DNA from: Dicyema japonicum
Lineage: Eukaryota > Animalia > Dicyemida
Direction of reading: 5' to 3'
DNA: 64,000 bases
Assembly: GCA_011109175.1 (NCBI GenBank)
Contig: RDEW01000001.1
Location: 988,784-1,052,783 of the forward strand
A program made the position numbers and the translations under genes. Positions within the stretch are counted from its first letter, which is position 1. The number at the start of each line of letters is the position of its first letter. Under the pieces are notes generated by a model. It ran no database searches. It saw only the letters and a program-made list of their open reading frames with translations, and was not told the origin of the DNA. This document shows, in pieces, positions 49,801-62,110 of this stretch.

Positions 49801-49979
49801 ACTAAATGTTTTCCTCTTTCCGCCGAATCTGATGGACTTGTGTCTAATATTAGATGGTCTCTACTTCTTCACCATGGGTATGGATACATTTATATTTAGT
49901 ACTCTGAGGAATTAGCCAATTTGGATACTAAGGACCATCGACCTTTTCGAATTGTTCTCAAGGTTCTCTTGACGAAGAA

Positions 49980-50260
49980 CTCGGAAAAATCAATATTACG
50001 ACAAACTCACATGGACACGCCGATGCAGTGACCAGATTGACTGCAATGATCTGGGTTACTTGCCTTCTATAGGGGTTCGGGCAGGTCTCCCAGGGACAAG
50101 GCCCTAAACGAAGTAGTTAGATAAATTTGGATGTCGCCTGACTCCCTTCTATTCTCGATCCAGTCGACCTATGGTATCGTGATGGGAGATGACCATCTTA
50201 CTTTTTGAAACTGGGAAACTTATTGTTGGGACATAACCTACATGATACATTCTCCCCAAA
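49980..50260 (+). mobile_element. CRE-like fragment
   Basis: TCACATG..GCCGATGCAGTGACCAGATTGAC parallels 31945; DVA..PSILDPVDL. Confidence 0.55.
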
Positions 50261-50699
50261 CAACCTACACCAACGTGGAAACAGATTAATCTTATTTTCT
50301 GGAAATACTAATTCGTCTTAAAGAAGTTAACAGTCGAGATTTATCAATACAGATAACATGTGGTAAGTACTGTCATCCGAGTCGCAATTAGCTGTGGGTT
50401 AGATTCCACACCGTTACAACCTGATCGAAGGATTCTGTTCTACTCTGTGCTTTCATCAAATCTTGAAAGGTACCAGTTGTTCCACCTTTCTCAAAGACCT
50501 CAATGCTTACCGGCATCCGAAAATCATCTTTTTCTTTACCCCACAATAACGGATATTAATGTACGTGATCTTGCACAGGAGGCGTTTCACTCAACAGTGG
50601 GAACTGACATACCTTAATTAAGCGTTAATTAGCTCTTATATCCAAGGCTCTTATATCCAATAAATTAATAAGAGAGAGCATGTTATCAACTTCTTGAGG

Positions 50700-50890
50700 A
50701 AATGAACCAATCTCCATTAACTAAATATAAAAAAATAAATTCTCCACAGCATTGGAAGCAAACTCGCTTCAAAAAATGCGAGCCACGGGAGAGTCTGGTT
50801 GAGGCAGAGGCTCGAAATGGCGATTATCAGAGGTAACGCCTTCGCCATTCTGTCGTCCTAATTATTGTCTAAATTAATTTATTTGTTGAA
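50700..50890 (+). mobile_element. CRE-like 3' end
   Basis: LHSIGSKLAS..RERVWLRQRLEMAIIRGNA (with a frameshift). Confidence 0.7.
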
Positions 50891-50899
50891 AAAGTAGTT

Positions 50900-52800
50900 T
50901 ATTTGTAAAAAATAAAAAAATAAATTAACCAAGTGGTTAATTGTCCTGAAGGTTGAGGTTATGAGGTAACTCAAACGCAAGAATGTCTACAAAGCTTTTC
51001 TATGTACATCACAACTCAGTTAAATTGAAGGGATATTGAAAAAGGTATTCAAAAATGGCATTTTGGTAATCACGAACATGGAAAACAAAAATGATTCAAT
51101 TTATGAATTTTGTCGAGAAGGCAATAAAGATGCTTAAAAAGTGTCTAAAAATAAAACTCGGCGTGCATAGCCTAAAATACATAATACATTATAATCATGT
51201 TAGTTCTGTTTAGTTTAGTCGCATAAATCAAGTTTTTTATTTTCCATGGCATCCATTATACCACATTCAGAATTATAGCTTCCATAAAAAATTTTGCATA
51301 TCAAAAGTCATCATAACCTACAACAGTTATGACATTGATCGGGAACGCTCTCCATTCCAAATTAATTTAGGAACGAAGGATGTATGTTTCCTGTAGGAGG
51401 AGATAATCGCTGTGCTCGACTTCCCAGGGGATATTTTCATGTGGTTTTTGAGGAACCATGGGTTCATAATGTCGAGGGTCTCCTGAACCATTCGTGCAGC
51501 TTCTTTAATGGTCTTGGTGTCTTGCTGCGACAATGATATCGTCGGCATAAAACAGAAGGATGGTATTTTGGATGTTTGGATTTGGAAGGTCTCTTGTAAA
51601 TAAATTGAACAAGGTTGGTGATGAAGGGGATCCTTGATGGCCCCCATTGGGGAGGTATCGTTGTCTTGATTTTTTATATTCATGACAACTTGGACTCTTC
51701 TACCATTAATGAAATTGGCTAGCCACGTCTGGATTTTCGGATGGACATCGGTGTCAAAAATTTTTGTTGTTAGAGTTTTCTTCGGTATCGAATCAAACGT
51801 TTTCTCGATATCCAGAGCGACAAGTACCGTTCTTTATGTGGTTTTGAGTAGTTCAGTCCATCCGAAATGAACTGAGTTAGTTTTGTTAGATGAGTTGAAG
51901 TTGAGTATCCCGATCTGAAGCCATGTTGGAAACTTGCAAGATCAAGCGAATGATTAATCTTGTGAAGGATTTTCCAATGTTCCTGAAAGGCCACAAAGAA
52001 TCGATATTGGACGATAACTCCGGGAGTCGTAAAAGGCTTTGTTCTTTTTAGGTATTGGATATATAAGTGATTTTTTCCATAATGAGAGAATCTCATTTTT
52101 ATTCACTGAGTAATTGAAAATCTCAGTAAGGGCATCGATTGCTATTGGCACCAAGTTTCAATTCAGTTATTGAAATGTCATCCGACCCTTTGGATTTTGT
52201 ATTTTTCATGTATTTAATTGCATGAAATACCTCCAGTGGTTTGAAAAATTCGATGTATCGATATTTTTTCTTCTTGTGTTTCGGTTGATGATCCAGTTTC
52301 AAATATGGTTTGTGGCTTAAACTGACATAAAATTTCATAAGTGTGTCAGGATTAATTCCTAGTGTATGTTGTATGGGAATCTGTTTGAGTTTCCGTGGTG
52401 TTCTCCATAAGGATAATGTCTTTGTGTGTCTGTTTACACACATCAAAGAAGCCTCCTATTTTTTTGTTTTTATTTCTGATCCTTTTGGTAATTTCCTTAT
52501 TCAGATCTGTAATTTCAGTATTTAAAGATGTTGTTTTATCTGTAGTTTTCTTTAGTTTATTTCATTTTGCAATCAGGACCCTCGTTTCTGTGTCGAATTT
52601 ATCTGAAAAAGTCTTGAATCGCCCAATTGGAATAAACTTTTTTCGGACTTGCAAAATCTTTTCATTAATAAATCCAACGCATCTATCGAGGAGAAGAGGA
52701 TAAAGAGTCTTCAACTGACACTGGAGTATAGGAGGCAGAACCCTGAGATGCCTTATGGGCAGAGGGTTCAATTAGACAAAGCGCTCTCGGAGTTGTTTCA
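50900..52800 (-). mobile_element. family B APE-type LINE (linker + RT + 3' end), decayed
   Basis: KSKGSDDISITELK, YRPISIL, FQHGFRSGYST, LDIEKTFD, QGSPSSPTLFNLF, LFYADDII. Confidence 0.85.
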
Positions 52801-52995
52801 GCAACCAGAATCGAACCTGCCTGAGGAGGCTGGCGAACAGGCAGGCGAGGAAGGTTGTTGATTAAATATATTAACTTTTTTATTGTTTGTTAAATAAAGT
52901 GGGGTGTTTAATAAAAATTTTTTAAGTTAACAATAAAATTTTCCAAAAAACGTGTATCCTGTGAATCAATACATTATTTTATTTCATTTATCTGT

Positions 52996-53367
52996 ATGAG
53001 CCTTCAACGACTATTTAAGCATATTGATGACCAAAAACAAAAAATCTCAGAAAGATCTCCCATGGAGACCAAAAAAGGGAAGATACAACAAGACTTTCAA
53101 AGCGAAGAACATCCTATTCCCCTCACCATAGAATTTGTTGAAATCTCAAAGACTTGTGACCCAGTTTTGCCTCCTTCTGTAAGGAGCAAAGTAACTGAAA
53201 ACGTGTGGAGTAAAGTTCCTCCCAAGATTCACCAATCTGAGAAGGAGATTAAGAATGTACCGTTTTTCACGATGGGGACTGACGGGAAACTTATTTCTAA
53301 CGCTGGAAGTAATATTAATGGATCTCTTAACTTTAAGAGTCTTGAGGAATTTCCTCCTCTTGTATAG
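52996..53367 (+). CDS. hypothetical 123 aa protein
   Basis: ATG-initiated uninterrupted ORF between AT-rich flanks; no family recognised. Confidence 0.35.
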   Translation: MSLQRLFKHIDDQKQKISERSPMETKKGKIQQDFQSEEHPIPLTIEFVEISKTCDPVLPPSVRSKVTENVWSKVPPKIHQSEKEIKNVPFFTMGTDGKLISNAGSNINGSLNFKSLEEFPPLV

Positions 53368-54256
53368 AAATTTTATAACGATTTTTATTTTTTAAATTTT
53401 ATGCTTATTTTCACGTTTTTATAGTTTAGTTAATATTTATATGATTAGCTTAGTAATTCGAGTAAGTTAACTAATTAAGTGGATTTTAATCCAGATGACT
53501 GGTAGACCCTCACCTCGTAGAAGAAGAGTGTGCCATCAACTCCATTTATTCCCCATTTCCATATCAGGGTCATTCGAAATATCCTTGTTAGAGTCCAGTC
53601 CAGTCACATGAGTTGAGAGGTACAGAAATGTGCTTTTCGTCAGAAACCTACATTCCGTGTTTGTGTTCAATTAACATGCTTTCGAGATCTGGTTTGTTGA
53701 CTGTACTTTCGTTTTAGTAAGAATCAACACTCAGGGTTCTATCACTATGACAAATAGTTGCGGGGGTAATGAACATCATTGCAGAATTCCACGTCCCAGC
53801 TTTACAGAACTAATTCTTTTTCCGTCAAAGTGGAGGTCTACAGAACACTTCTTGACTATGATCTTGACCAGGTCACATAGTAAAGCCTCAATCTTGGCAA
53901 GCTCCCACTTTTTGGCCCTTTTGTAAATCTATAAGCACAAAGAACATCCACAACCTTTTGTTTTATTAAAAACGATTGACAAACTCCAGTTTTGAGATTA
54001 TTTCTTAACGTTCTCCAACCATGTACATTGAACTGATTTAGGATAAGGCTCCACCTACCTCTAGGGATCCTCCCAAATCTGTTTCGCAGCATAAACTATC
54101 TCAGACACCCATCCAGCTACAGAGATACAAGTAACATCTTCGAAGATAGCCGAAAGGTAACAAAAATTGGATTGGACAGCATGATCACCAACATTATGGT
54201 TTTCGGCAATAAGATTTCTCGTGACGTCAACCAGCCCCAAAAACGACTGTCGTGCT

Positions 54257-54438
54257 CACTGGTTCTCAAGAATTTTGACCAGTGGCTAAATCAATAAATT
54301 ATTTCATTTGTAGGGGCCGCCAATTTTTTGAAACTTAATTAATATAAAAAAGAAAGCAAAAGTTAAAACGATTATTAAAAATTAATAATAATTTTTAATC
54401 TGATAATAAATTTGTCGGGGCCGCGTTGAGAACCACTG
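54257..54438. mobile_element. hAT MITE related to the 10750-12332 element
   Basis: TIRs CA(C)TGGTTCTCAA / TTGAGAACCACTG; decayed 8 bp TSD GTCGTGCT / GTCCTGCC; left end matches the reverse complement of 12280-12332. Confidence 0.75.
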
Positions 54439-54599
54439 GTCCTGCCTCTATCATCTATTCTTGCTATTTAATTTCGCACGAAGGCGCCTGGGATTTGCTT
54501 CATTCTTTCCAGCTGAAGCGTACATGCAATACAACACAAAGATTAGCACGTTTATAGTTTAGTCAATAATTATAGTAATTTATAAGTTTATGCCAGGGA

Positions 54600-54870
54600 G
54601 CTTGAGACTCAACGTACATGGACACTTTCTTAAACATGAACCTGCTTAAGTCATAGCTGTGTGGGCTCTGCAGCGAAGATTCTAAAAGAAGGAAATACCG
54701 TAGCATTGTGGATCTGTGCTTGGCCCCAACACGTCAGACGTCTATCAGGTTGACCGGGTGGTTTGCAGAATCGGAAGGGAGAGCCTAGAATGATACAGAT
54801 GGCTCTTCCAAAACATTAAACTCGCGATCATGCTTGGTAACTTTCATTTCGTAATCAATGTCTGCAAGCC
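54600..54870 (+). mobile_element. CRE-like 3' fragment
   Basis: (TC)MDTF..RRKYRSI..WLFQNIKLAIMLGN. Confidence 0.6.
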
Positions 54871-55194
54871 ACAATTGAACGATAAGACAAGAAAACTGTA
54901 AATGTCTTGATATGCCTTGGATTAATTAACGTCACTGTTCTGTTTTTAAAATGAATTGAGTTCTGCCTAAGGTGTGTTTAAATAATCGAAACATTACCTA
55001 CTTATTGCCGGAAGGCAATTTAGCCGCCAAGTTGATTTGCTCACTGGTAGCTATACTTTCTTATTATTAATGTCCATATAGTTTGGTGTGATTTTTAAAT
55101 ATAATGTGACTGTTCAAAACGATTTCTCTTGCAGTTGTCAAGGGGAACAGCCACTCCATTTTCGACTGGATTTATTTGATTAAATAAATAAATT

Positions 55195-55480
55195 ATTTCA
55201 AAGACCAGGGTAAAACCAAGCTAACTAAATCATGATCCTGACGCATTCCATAGGAACCTTCATCAAAGAACAATGAATCAGAGGACTTGTCTGGGGAGCT
55301 GAGGTAATTAAAGAACTCTTCGCTAGGAAACGAAATTGTCTTCAGGTGGAATGAATAATTTGATCTTTTGAATGCCGCCCAGGCATTGGGCGTCTACTTA
55401 GTAAGGTGGATCCAATGACGCCATCAGAGGAAGGAAAATAAATTTTTGACCAATTAACCACATAGCACAAGTCACGTGGC
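55195..55480 (-). mobile_element. short non-autonomous element: pseudoknot head + family A LINE tail (longer variant)
   Basis: Core at 55360-55422; tail GGATCATGATTTAGTTAGCTTGGTTTTACCCTGGTC. Confidence 0.82.
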
Positions 55481-55659
55481 ATAAGATTTACTTGATTGTT
55501 TTGTTATGTAATAAATAGTTTTTGGTTGGATAAAAAAATATTATATATTTCCACATATATTTTAGGCAATTAAATTAATGATTCAAAATAAAAAACACAA
55601 GTATTAGTTATTGGTTAAGACGGTGTTTCTTTGGCTTAAATAATAATAATAATAAAAGT

Positions 55660-56325
55660 CCTCTTTGTGGCGGTTCTCTCAACTCTTGAATATGATGTTT
55701 TACTATCCTATGCGGATGATCTTGTGTTGGCTTCGCGAGAAGGCTACAGAAAGAATACAGTTAACTTGGATTGGCATTTGCATTGATGATGGAAAACCGG
55801 CTCATGGTGAATGCAGAGAAGTCGTCTACATCCCTTTTTTAGCTCTGAAAAAAGATGGGAAAGGAAGACAGTCACCTTGAAGTTAAATAAGATTGGCATC
55901 CCTTTCAATCATTGAAATGCGAGAAGAAATTGAAGTTTATCTGGAATATGGAAGAATGGTACTCACCCGGTTTTGATGAACTTATACAAACAGTACATCG
56001 AGACATGTTTCTCATGTGCATGCGCCTCGTGGGGACCGTTTATATCTTGGACAAATATGAGGAAAATCGAGGAATTCAAAAAAGGACTTACAGAGTAAAG
56101 GAGCGTTGGATTTGTGTAGATCAACGAACCTGACCGACGCCTTTAGGAGGCCCGTATGAGACAAGACTCCAGATCACGGGAATGTGGTCCTGAAAAATCA
56201 GTTATTCCTGTACGGTCATGCATGGACACGAGGGAAGAACATCTGGCGAAGATGAGGTCGCTGTTGGAATCCATCGGAATCACGTGATAATTAGGTTGAT
56301 TCTTCCGTGGTCTTAGGTTGTTAAA
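55660..56325 (+). mobile_element. 5'-truncated family A LINE
   Basis: DVLLSYADDLVLASRE; EHLAKMRSLLESIGIT* plus the tail. Confidence 0.8.
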
Positions 56326-57816
56326 AAAGTAAGAAATTTTAATTAGAGACGAAAATTGATTTGCAACATAACCTCACTTCCCCAGATACACACTGTTCGC
56401 AGTGATCTTGTTTGCCATTGACTCACTTTTCTATCGCAGTCTTTCCATCTTTTGTACAATTATCACAGTCAGATATGGATAGACAGATTGGCGCACACAA
56501 ACTTAGTGTTTCAAAGATGATCTTTTTGATATCAATTCGAGGTACCCGAGTTAAAAAAAAGTCGAAAATTTTACTTTCTATTTTACTCTTTGGCGACGAG
56601 TTCTGGTTTTGACCTGCCTAGATTAGAGATCTGAACGCGTCAAGATTACTGGATTAGTTAGTTTGAATTTACCATTGATCTTTGGAATAATTTCAGTTCA
56701 TGTTAAAATGAATTTGTGGGGATCATCTTGAAGTCAAGGACTCAAGTGCAAGTCTAAAATACTAAATAATAGTTTTGAAATCTAATTGATGGTTGGGGAC
56801 GGTTTCTATGAAATATACTCAAGACTCGAAGCATCTCATCTTACTGTTAGCCTTTTTGCGTTAATTAGTCACAAAATAAGTTATTTATTTTCTAGAACCA
56901 ATGATCCCAGTTCTCGCAATCAACTGCGCCATCTAACGTCTGTGGTCTTCCATTGTTCACACTACCGTCCGAAAGAGCCTTTTCTAATTCCTGTGGAAGA
57001 TTTCGATTATAAAAAAAGATTTTTGACCTTGAAAATAATAATTCGATTCGGATTCCCATCACTGACATATTTATTCCTTCAACGGTCATAATAACGCATT
57101 ACACCATTCTCTCTCACCAAATCAACCATCTCCCGAAAGTTATGGGATCTGAAATGGTTAAACTCTACAAACCTGAACTCTCCGTTCCTTTCCCTAGTAA
57201 AATAGAAAACACAGTCGACGTAGGTCTCGTCCAACTAAAAATAAGCCATATCTTAACGATCCAGTCATCCACTGGACTTTTCCATGACATTTTGGAATGC
57301 TTTCCTCTGCTCTTAAAATTTCTTCATTGAATATTTAATACTCTGTTTTGTCAGAGAGTGGCTGATCCTTCATCTATCAGTCAAAATTGCTCCTGACTTC
57401 ATGTAATGTAGAAACTAAACTATCGCAACAGTAAAATTCTAATGACATTTAAATGTACTAATTAAAGACAAATTCATTAAAACGTTGATTAAATTAATAT
57501 TCATAGAAGCTCTCACTTGTATTTGATGATTACCTAAGGTTGAGCTGTTATATGTAGGATAGAACAGTGATTCCACATATTTCACGAAATTTAGAGGCTA
57601 TCTGCATAATCACCACAAGGAGCACTTAAGACAGTTTGAAGTAGATAGTAATATCCACTTTTACATGCAAGCACCTGTAATCAAAAGAACCTTCTAACCT
57701 ATGTCTCTAAAGCAAGATATTTAAGTTACAACAAGGAAACGTTGAGAATCTACCAAAACTTTGCAAGGGGCAGCGAAAAGATGTGAAAAATAATGATTTC
57801 TGGTTTTTTGATAGTA

Positions 57817-59867
57817 CTGTCGAACCCCGGGGTGGGGCATCAAAGTGCCCCAAAAAGCGGGGGTGCCCTCCAAAACCTGGGTTTGGTTCAAACTATTGAT
57901 TTATGGTTGATTTAACTTAAATTTTTGTTTACTTTGCGAAAAAGGAACGTCTTCACTTATTCCAAAGTGTTTATAAAATAAGTTGTGATTTTTTCCTCTA
58001 TAGTTTGATAGATTTTTATTCTATGTTTTGTATTCGATTTTTATTAATTAACAAATCATTATTTTTAAAGCATTTTTTTGAAATAATTAGTCAATTTCAA
58101 ATTTTTTTTTTCTTAGATCTTTTCCAAGTTGAAATCTAAACTCATAATATTTTTGTAATGTCTCAAAAGATGTATTTTGAGCTACATTTTCTAACTTATC
58201 CATCATTTCATAAGTTTCTGATATCGTTGTTTTGTCCTGTGTCAACTCCATTATAAAACTTGCAACTCTTGACTAGATCTTCGTTTTTTTTAGATATTAC
58301 TTCAGATACTATTTCTTCCAAGAGTTCTTCCCCACAATTTTTATCTTCAACTGATTCTTCTCTGTTTTCCTCAATTTTCTTCCAACAATTAATTATTGTT
58401 GCTTCTTTAACTTCATCCACGCTTTTTTAACAAGTACCATAATCTATCGCATATCTATATTTTTCAAAGATTTAAGATTAATTGTTGTACCTTCTTCCAA
58501 ATTGATCATAAAATCCATTAGGAAGTTTATGTAATGTACTTTAAAACATTTTATTATACCCATGTCTAAAGGTTGAATTTTTTGACGCTGCATATAAAAT
58601 ACCGAATTTTTCATAATCAAAATCTATGTTAAAATATAATTAAGCAAACTTTTCATACAACGTGGTGATTTGTATTTTCCAATAACAAGGGGTCTTAATT
58701 TATTTCCTGCTGCATTACAGCAAAAGAGAACTGTTACTCTTTTTTTACTGAATTTTGTACCATGACATGTTTCTATAGATTCGACATAAGATCTTGAAGG
58801 AAATTTTTTAACATACAATGATGTTTCATCACAGTTAAAAATATTTTCATGACCATAAGTTTTCAATAAATTATCGATTTTTTTTTTTTTTTTTTTTTTT
58901 AAACAAAAATTTATTAACAATAAAATATATTTATTAACTATGGGGGAGAGCGGCTGCTGACATCACGGAGTTAAGCGTTTCCGCGGATAACTGCGATACC
59001 AATTTTGCCTCAGCCAGACCGCTTCCGCGCACGTCTTTCTTGCGGTGGGCCAATTTCCCCCGATTTCTTTAGGACAGGGCTGTAATATCAGCCGCACCAG
59101 ACGTCTCGATTGCTACCGGTACAAAACGGTAGCGGTCTCCAATTTCGCCATATTTTTTTAATCTTGATTTTTTCGGCCAGATCGGCTGATTATCGAATTG
59201 AAGAAAAAATTTGCCAAATTACTTTTATCTGCTGAATTTTTTTCACCACAAATGGCTTTAAAAACCAGATCATGTCTCTTCTTAAATCTGTCTAACCAAC
59301 CGTTTGAGGCTTTAAAAGATGTTGAATAATTCAATTTTGTCGATTTTTTTGCGATGGCTTTGATTAAAGTACCCAAATAGAAAAGGAATCATCCCTCAAA
59401 CGACGAAAAGCATTAAAAGTTAATTCGTCAAGTTTTTCAAATTGATTGACTTCATTAGAAACTGGTTTAACTTCATCTATTTGAACTAATCTTGAAATGA
59501 CTGATCCGGTATTAATGAAGAAGAAATGTTTTTTTTGATTCGGGAAATAGTGCCTTTGCTTATCTTTAATTTTTTTGCAACTTCTCTTTCAGAAGAAGTT
59601 TGTAGACACTTTGCAATTTTAATTTTTGTTTCAATAGAAATTTTGGAAGGCATTACACAAAGACAATTATCACGTGTTCAAAAATAATATTATTCAAAAT
59701 AATCTTATGTAATAAAATATTAAAATAAATAAGTAAAGTGCCCCATACTGGGGTTTTAATAATTTCCAAATTTGGAAATTATTAATGGAAAATGTACTAG
59801 AAAATAAAATCGCCCCAAAAAGCGAGGGTGCCCCAAGGCGAGGTTTTATTGGGGCGGGGTTCGACTG
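57817..59867 (-). mobile_element. Tigger/pogo transposon, near complete, disrupted
   Basis: TIRs C(A/T)GTCGAACCCC with TA flanks; HTH_psq, FKASNGWLDRFKKRH, IFNCDETSL, RVTVLFCCNAAG.KLRPLVIGK. Confidence 0.92.
58878..59188 (-). mobile_element. CRE-like 3' end inserted into the Tigger transposase, with poly(A) and TSD
   Basis: KKYGEIGDRYRFVPVAIETSG..IAVIRGNA; 23 nt poly(A) (T run 58878-58900); 8 bp TSD ATTATCGA at 58870-58877 and 59189-59196. Confidence 0.9.
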
Positions 59868-60619
59868 TAATTTGTTTTGCTTTTTTAATAAAAAATTACA
59901 ATATCGATCGCACAAAAATAATTAAAAATATTTATACCAATTAATAAATTGTAAATATAACATTTTGAGCGTTTTCATATATGCAGTCTAAGAAACAATT
60001 TGAAATTTTGACTTGATTAGAATATTTAAGAAATTGAAAAATCATTCCCATGCTTGTGCGGTCTAAAAACTATAGTTTTGTATGAGAACATTTTGTCTGA
60101 AGTTCCACGTAATTTGCTGTTTTATTTCGATGAGTACTTACCGACTGTCTTCAACGGGTAAAATAAAACTGTTAACTGAGTCTTTTCTCGAAGATTCTAT
60201 ACACTTTGCCGTGATACATCTTCAACTGGTCAATCCACAGAAAGTTGGACATAGATGGCAGTCCACAGTGTTTCACACTGAAAGGCGTTCTCGACAGTCT
60301 CCCACACTTGTTTTAGCAATCTCTTCGGTCATTATTTCATTAGGTCTCCAGTTAATATACAAAATAATTGACTTAGAAGGCATTGGATATACGTACAAGT
60401 CCTCCTTGAAGAGTGCCACGTAGGTTAACTAAATAAACGAGAACAAATGGATTATTAACTCCCAGACATTTAAATTCGGAGCGGCCAATGTGTCACTAAC
60501 TTGTAGAGGGAGCGGCAAATGTGAGTCGCTTTCATTGAAGAACAGAGAACAAATGGATTATTAACTCCCAGACATTTAAATTCAAAATAAAAAAATAAAA
60601 TATAAACTCAATCATCAGT

Positions 60620-62110
60620 AAGACTATCTAATGAATAACAACCACCAGAACAACCATAAGAGAATATTCCCCATCATCAGAAGGTATATGATCCTCATCA
60701 GAAATAAATTTGAAAATAGCCGCGTGGTGCCATGTGATGCTTCGTGGCTAATTGATTGAAGTTTCTGTTTTATTCGTCTGTTCCTCCTCTCTCCAAATTA
60801 GAGTGGCGTCATGTGATCCACCTGTCTAGGTGGCGCCCAGTGCCAGGCCGGCACGAAAAAGGATCATTTGCTCTCTCCCACTCCACTGGAGGGTTTTTCC
60901 ACAGCTGCAACTATGGATGTCGTTTACCCTATATGCTGATTCCTGATAGACTCTTTCTGTACAAGTGGAAACTGAATACATTTAATTAGTTGTTTACTTG
61001 AACTTCTTTCTCGGTGTATCCGGGGTTAATAAATTGAATCAGCAATAAATAAGGGGCTATTGTCCCTATTATTGATCTCACCCAAGGCAGTCTCAACTCC
61101 TCATACTCTGACGCTGACAGACACAGAAATCCCTTCAATAAGACTTATGCCAACAAAGCTGAATGTAGGGAAGATCCTTGTAAACGAAACTGAGTACAGT
61201 TCCTTAGTATGGTAAGAGAGGTCGTCAAAACTGGCAGGTTCTTTATAGGCTGGCTTAACCAAATGGGGTCGTAGAACATCAACTTATCACCATGGTACCC
61301 AACTATATATATTGCATGATGCGGTGGTTTACCACTCAATATTCCAATAAATTGAGGGGCCTCCAATAGTTTCTGTTAACTCAATATACCACCAACCTTC
61401 AGTTTGGGAATATGATCTGGGATTAGATACTGAGTGAATAATTAGTTGTTCACAATCAAAATGGCGGGTTTCTATTCTCCTTTGGACCACTACGAGCACT
61501 CACTATAAATTATAAAAAATAAATTCCACCAATTTCTTTCTTCATTATTAGAACATTCCAACTAAGGATCAGAAAGTCCTGAAGGGATTCAGCAATTATA
61601 TTCATATTGAATCAGACTCAAGCAAACGCTCCAATATTAGCGACCATTGATCCTCTGAATTTGCAACCAGACTTGTTTATAATAGCACCTTTACTCAAAA
61701 ATGACAAAATACAAAAATTGTGTATCGAGAAAATCGATATGGGACAGTCGAGAAACATGACACACATCGCGCATATTTTTCGCCATTATTCCCGCCAACC
61801 ATTTAAATTCTGTTTAATTCACAAATTACTGCTTTCATGCCAAATTGCTAAAATCCCATTAGCAAGGAGCATTTGTGCACATCGGATCATGCAACCTCAG
61901 CCAGTGTCGGTCGTGAGCTGAACTAAAATCACCAGATTGTAAACTCTCCCCAATTGGTGGGAATCCATTTCTACAAAAGATATAGACTTTTGAGAGGACA
62001 TCTTCAAATCTGCATTTGTCTTAATGTGAGATAATAATGGTACCAGAAGGAATTTCGTATTTTTTGGCAAAAAACTCAACAATCAGACTCGATTTTTGTT
62101 TGGTTAAAAA
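60620..62110 (-). pseudogene. ATG4: ATG4 cysteine protease pseudogene (unprocessed)
   Basis: EDVLSKVYIFCRNGFPPIG..TTDTG*GCMIRCAQMLLA (TGA at 61897-99 replaces the conserved Trp); FLDCPISIFSIH; PQFIGILSGKP; YDP(H) with a 1 nt loss at ~61265; SFDDLSYH..GFLC; 20-24 nt introns retained. Confidence 0.88.
60720..60910 (+). mobile_element. LINE 5' end remnant with well-paired pseudoknot core (60805-60869)
   Basis: GGCGTC ATGTGATCC ACC TGTCTA GGT GGCGCC CA GTGCC AGGCC GGCAC GAAAAA GGATCATTT, then GCTCTC as in the 23300 leader. Confidence 0.75.

Noticed and set aside
53600-54200. R4/RTE-like RT C-terminal fragment on the minus strand
   Set aside because: Only a weak GRG-like motif; too degraded to support.
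61897-61899. TGA read as Trp (alternative genetic code) in ATG4
   Set aside because: QKI and PLPP models end in TGA, and ATG4 also has frameshifts, so pseudogenisation explains it.
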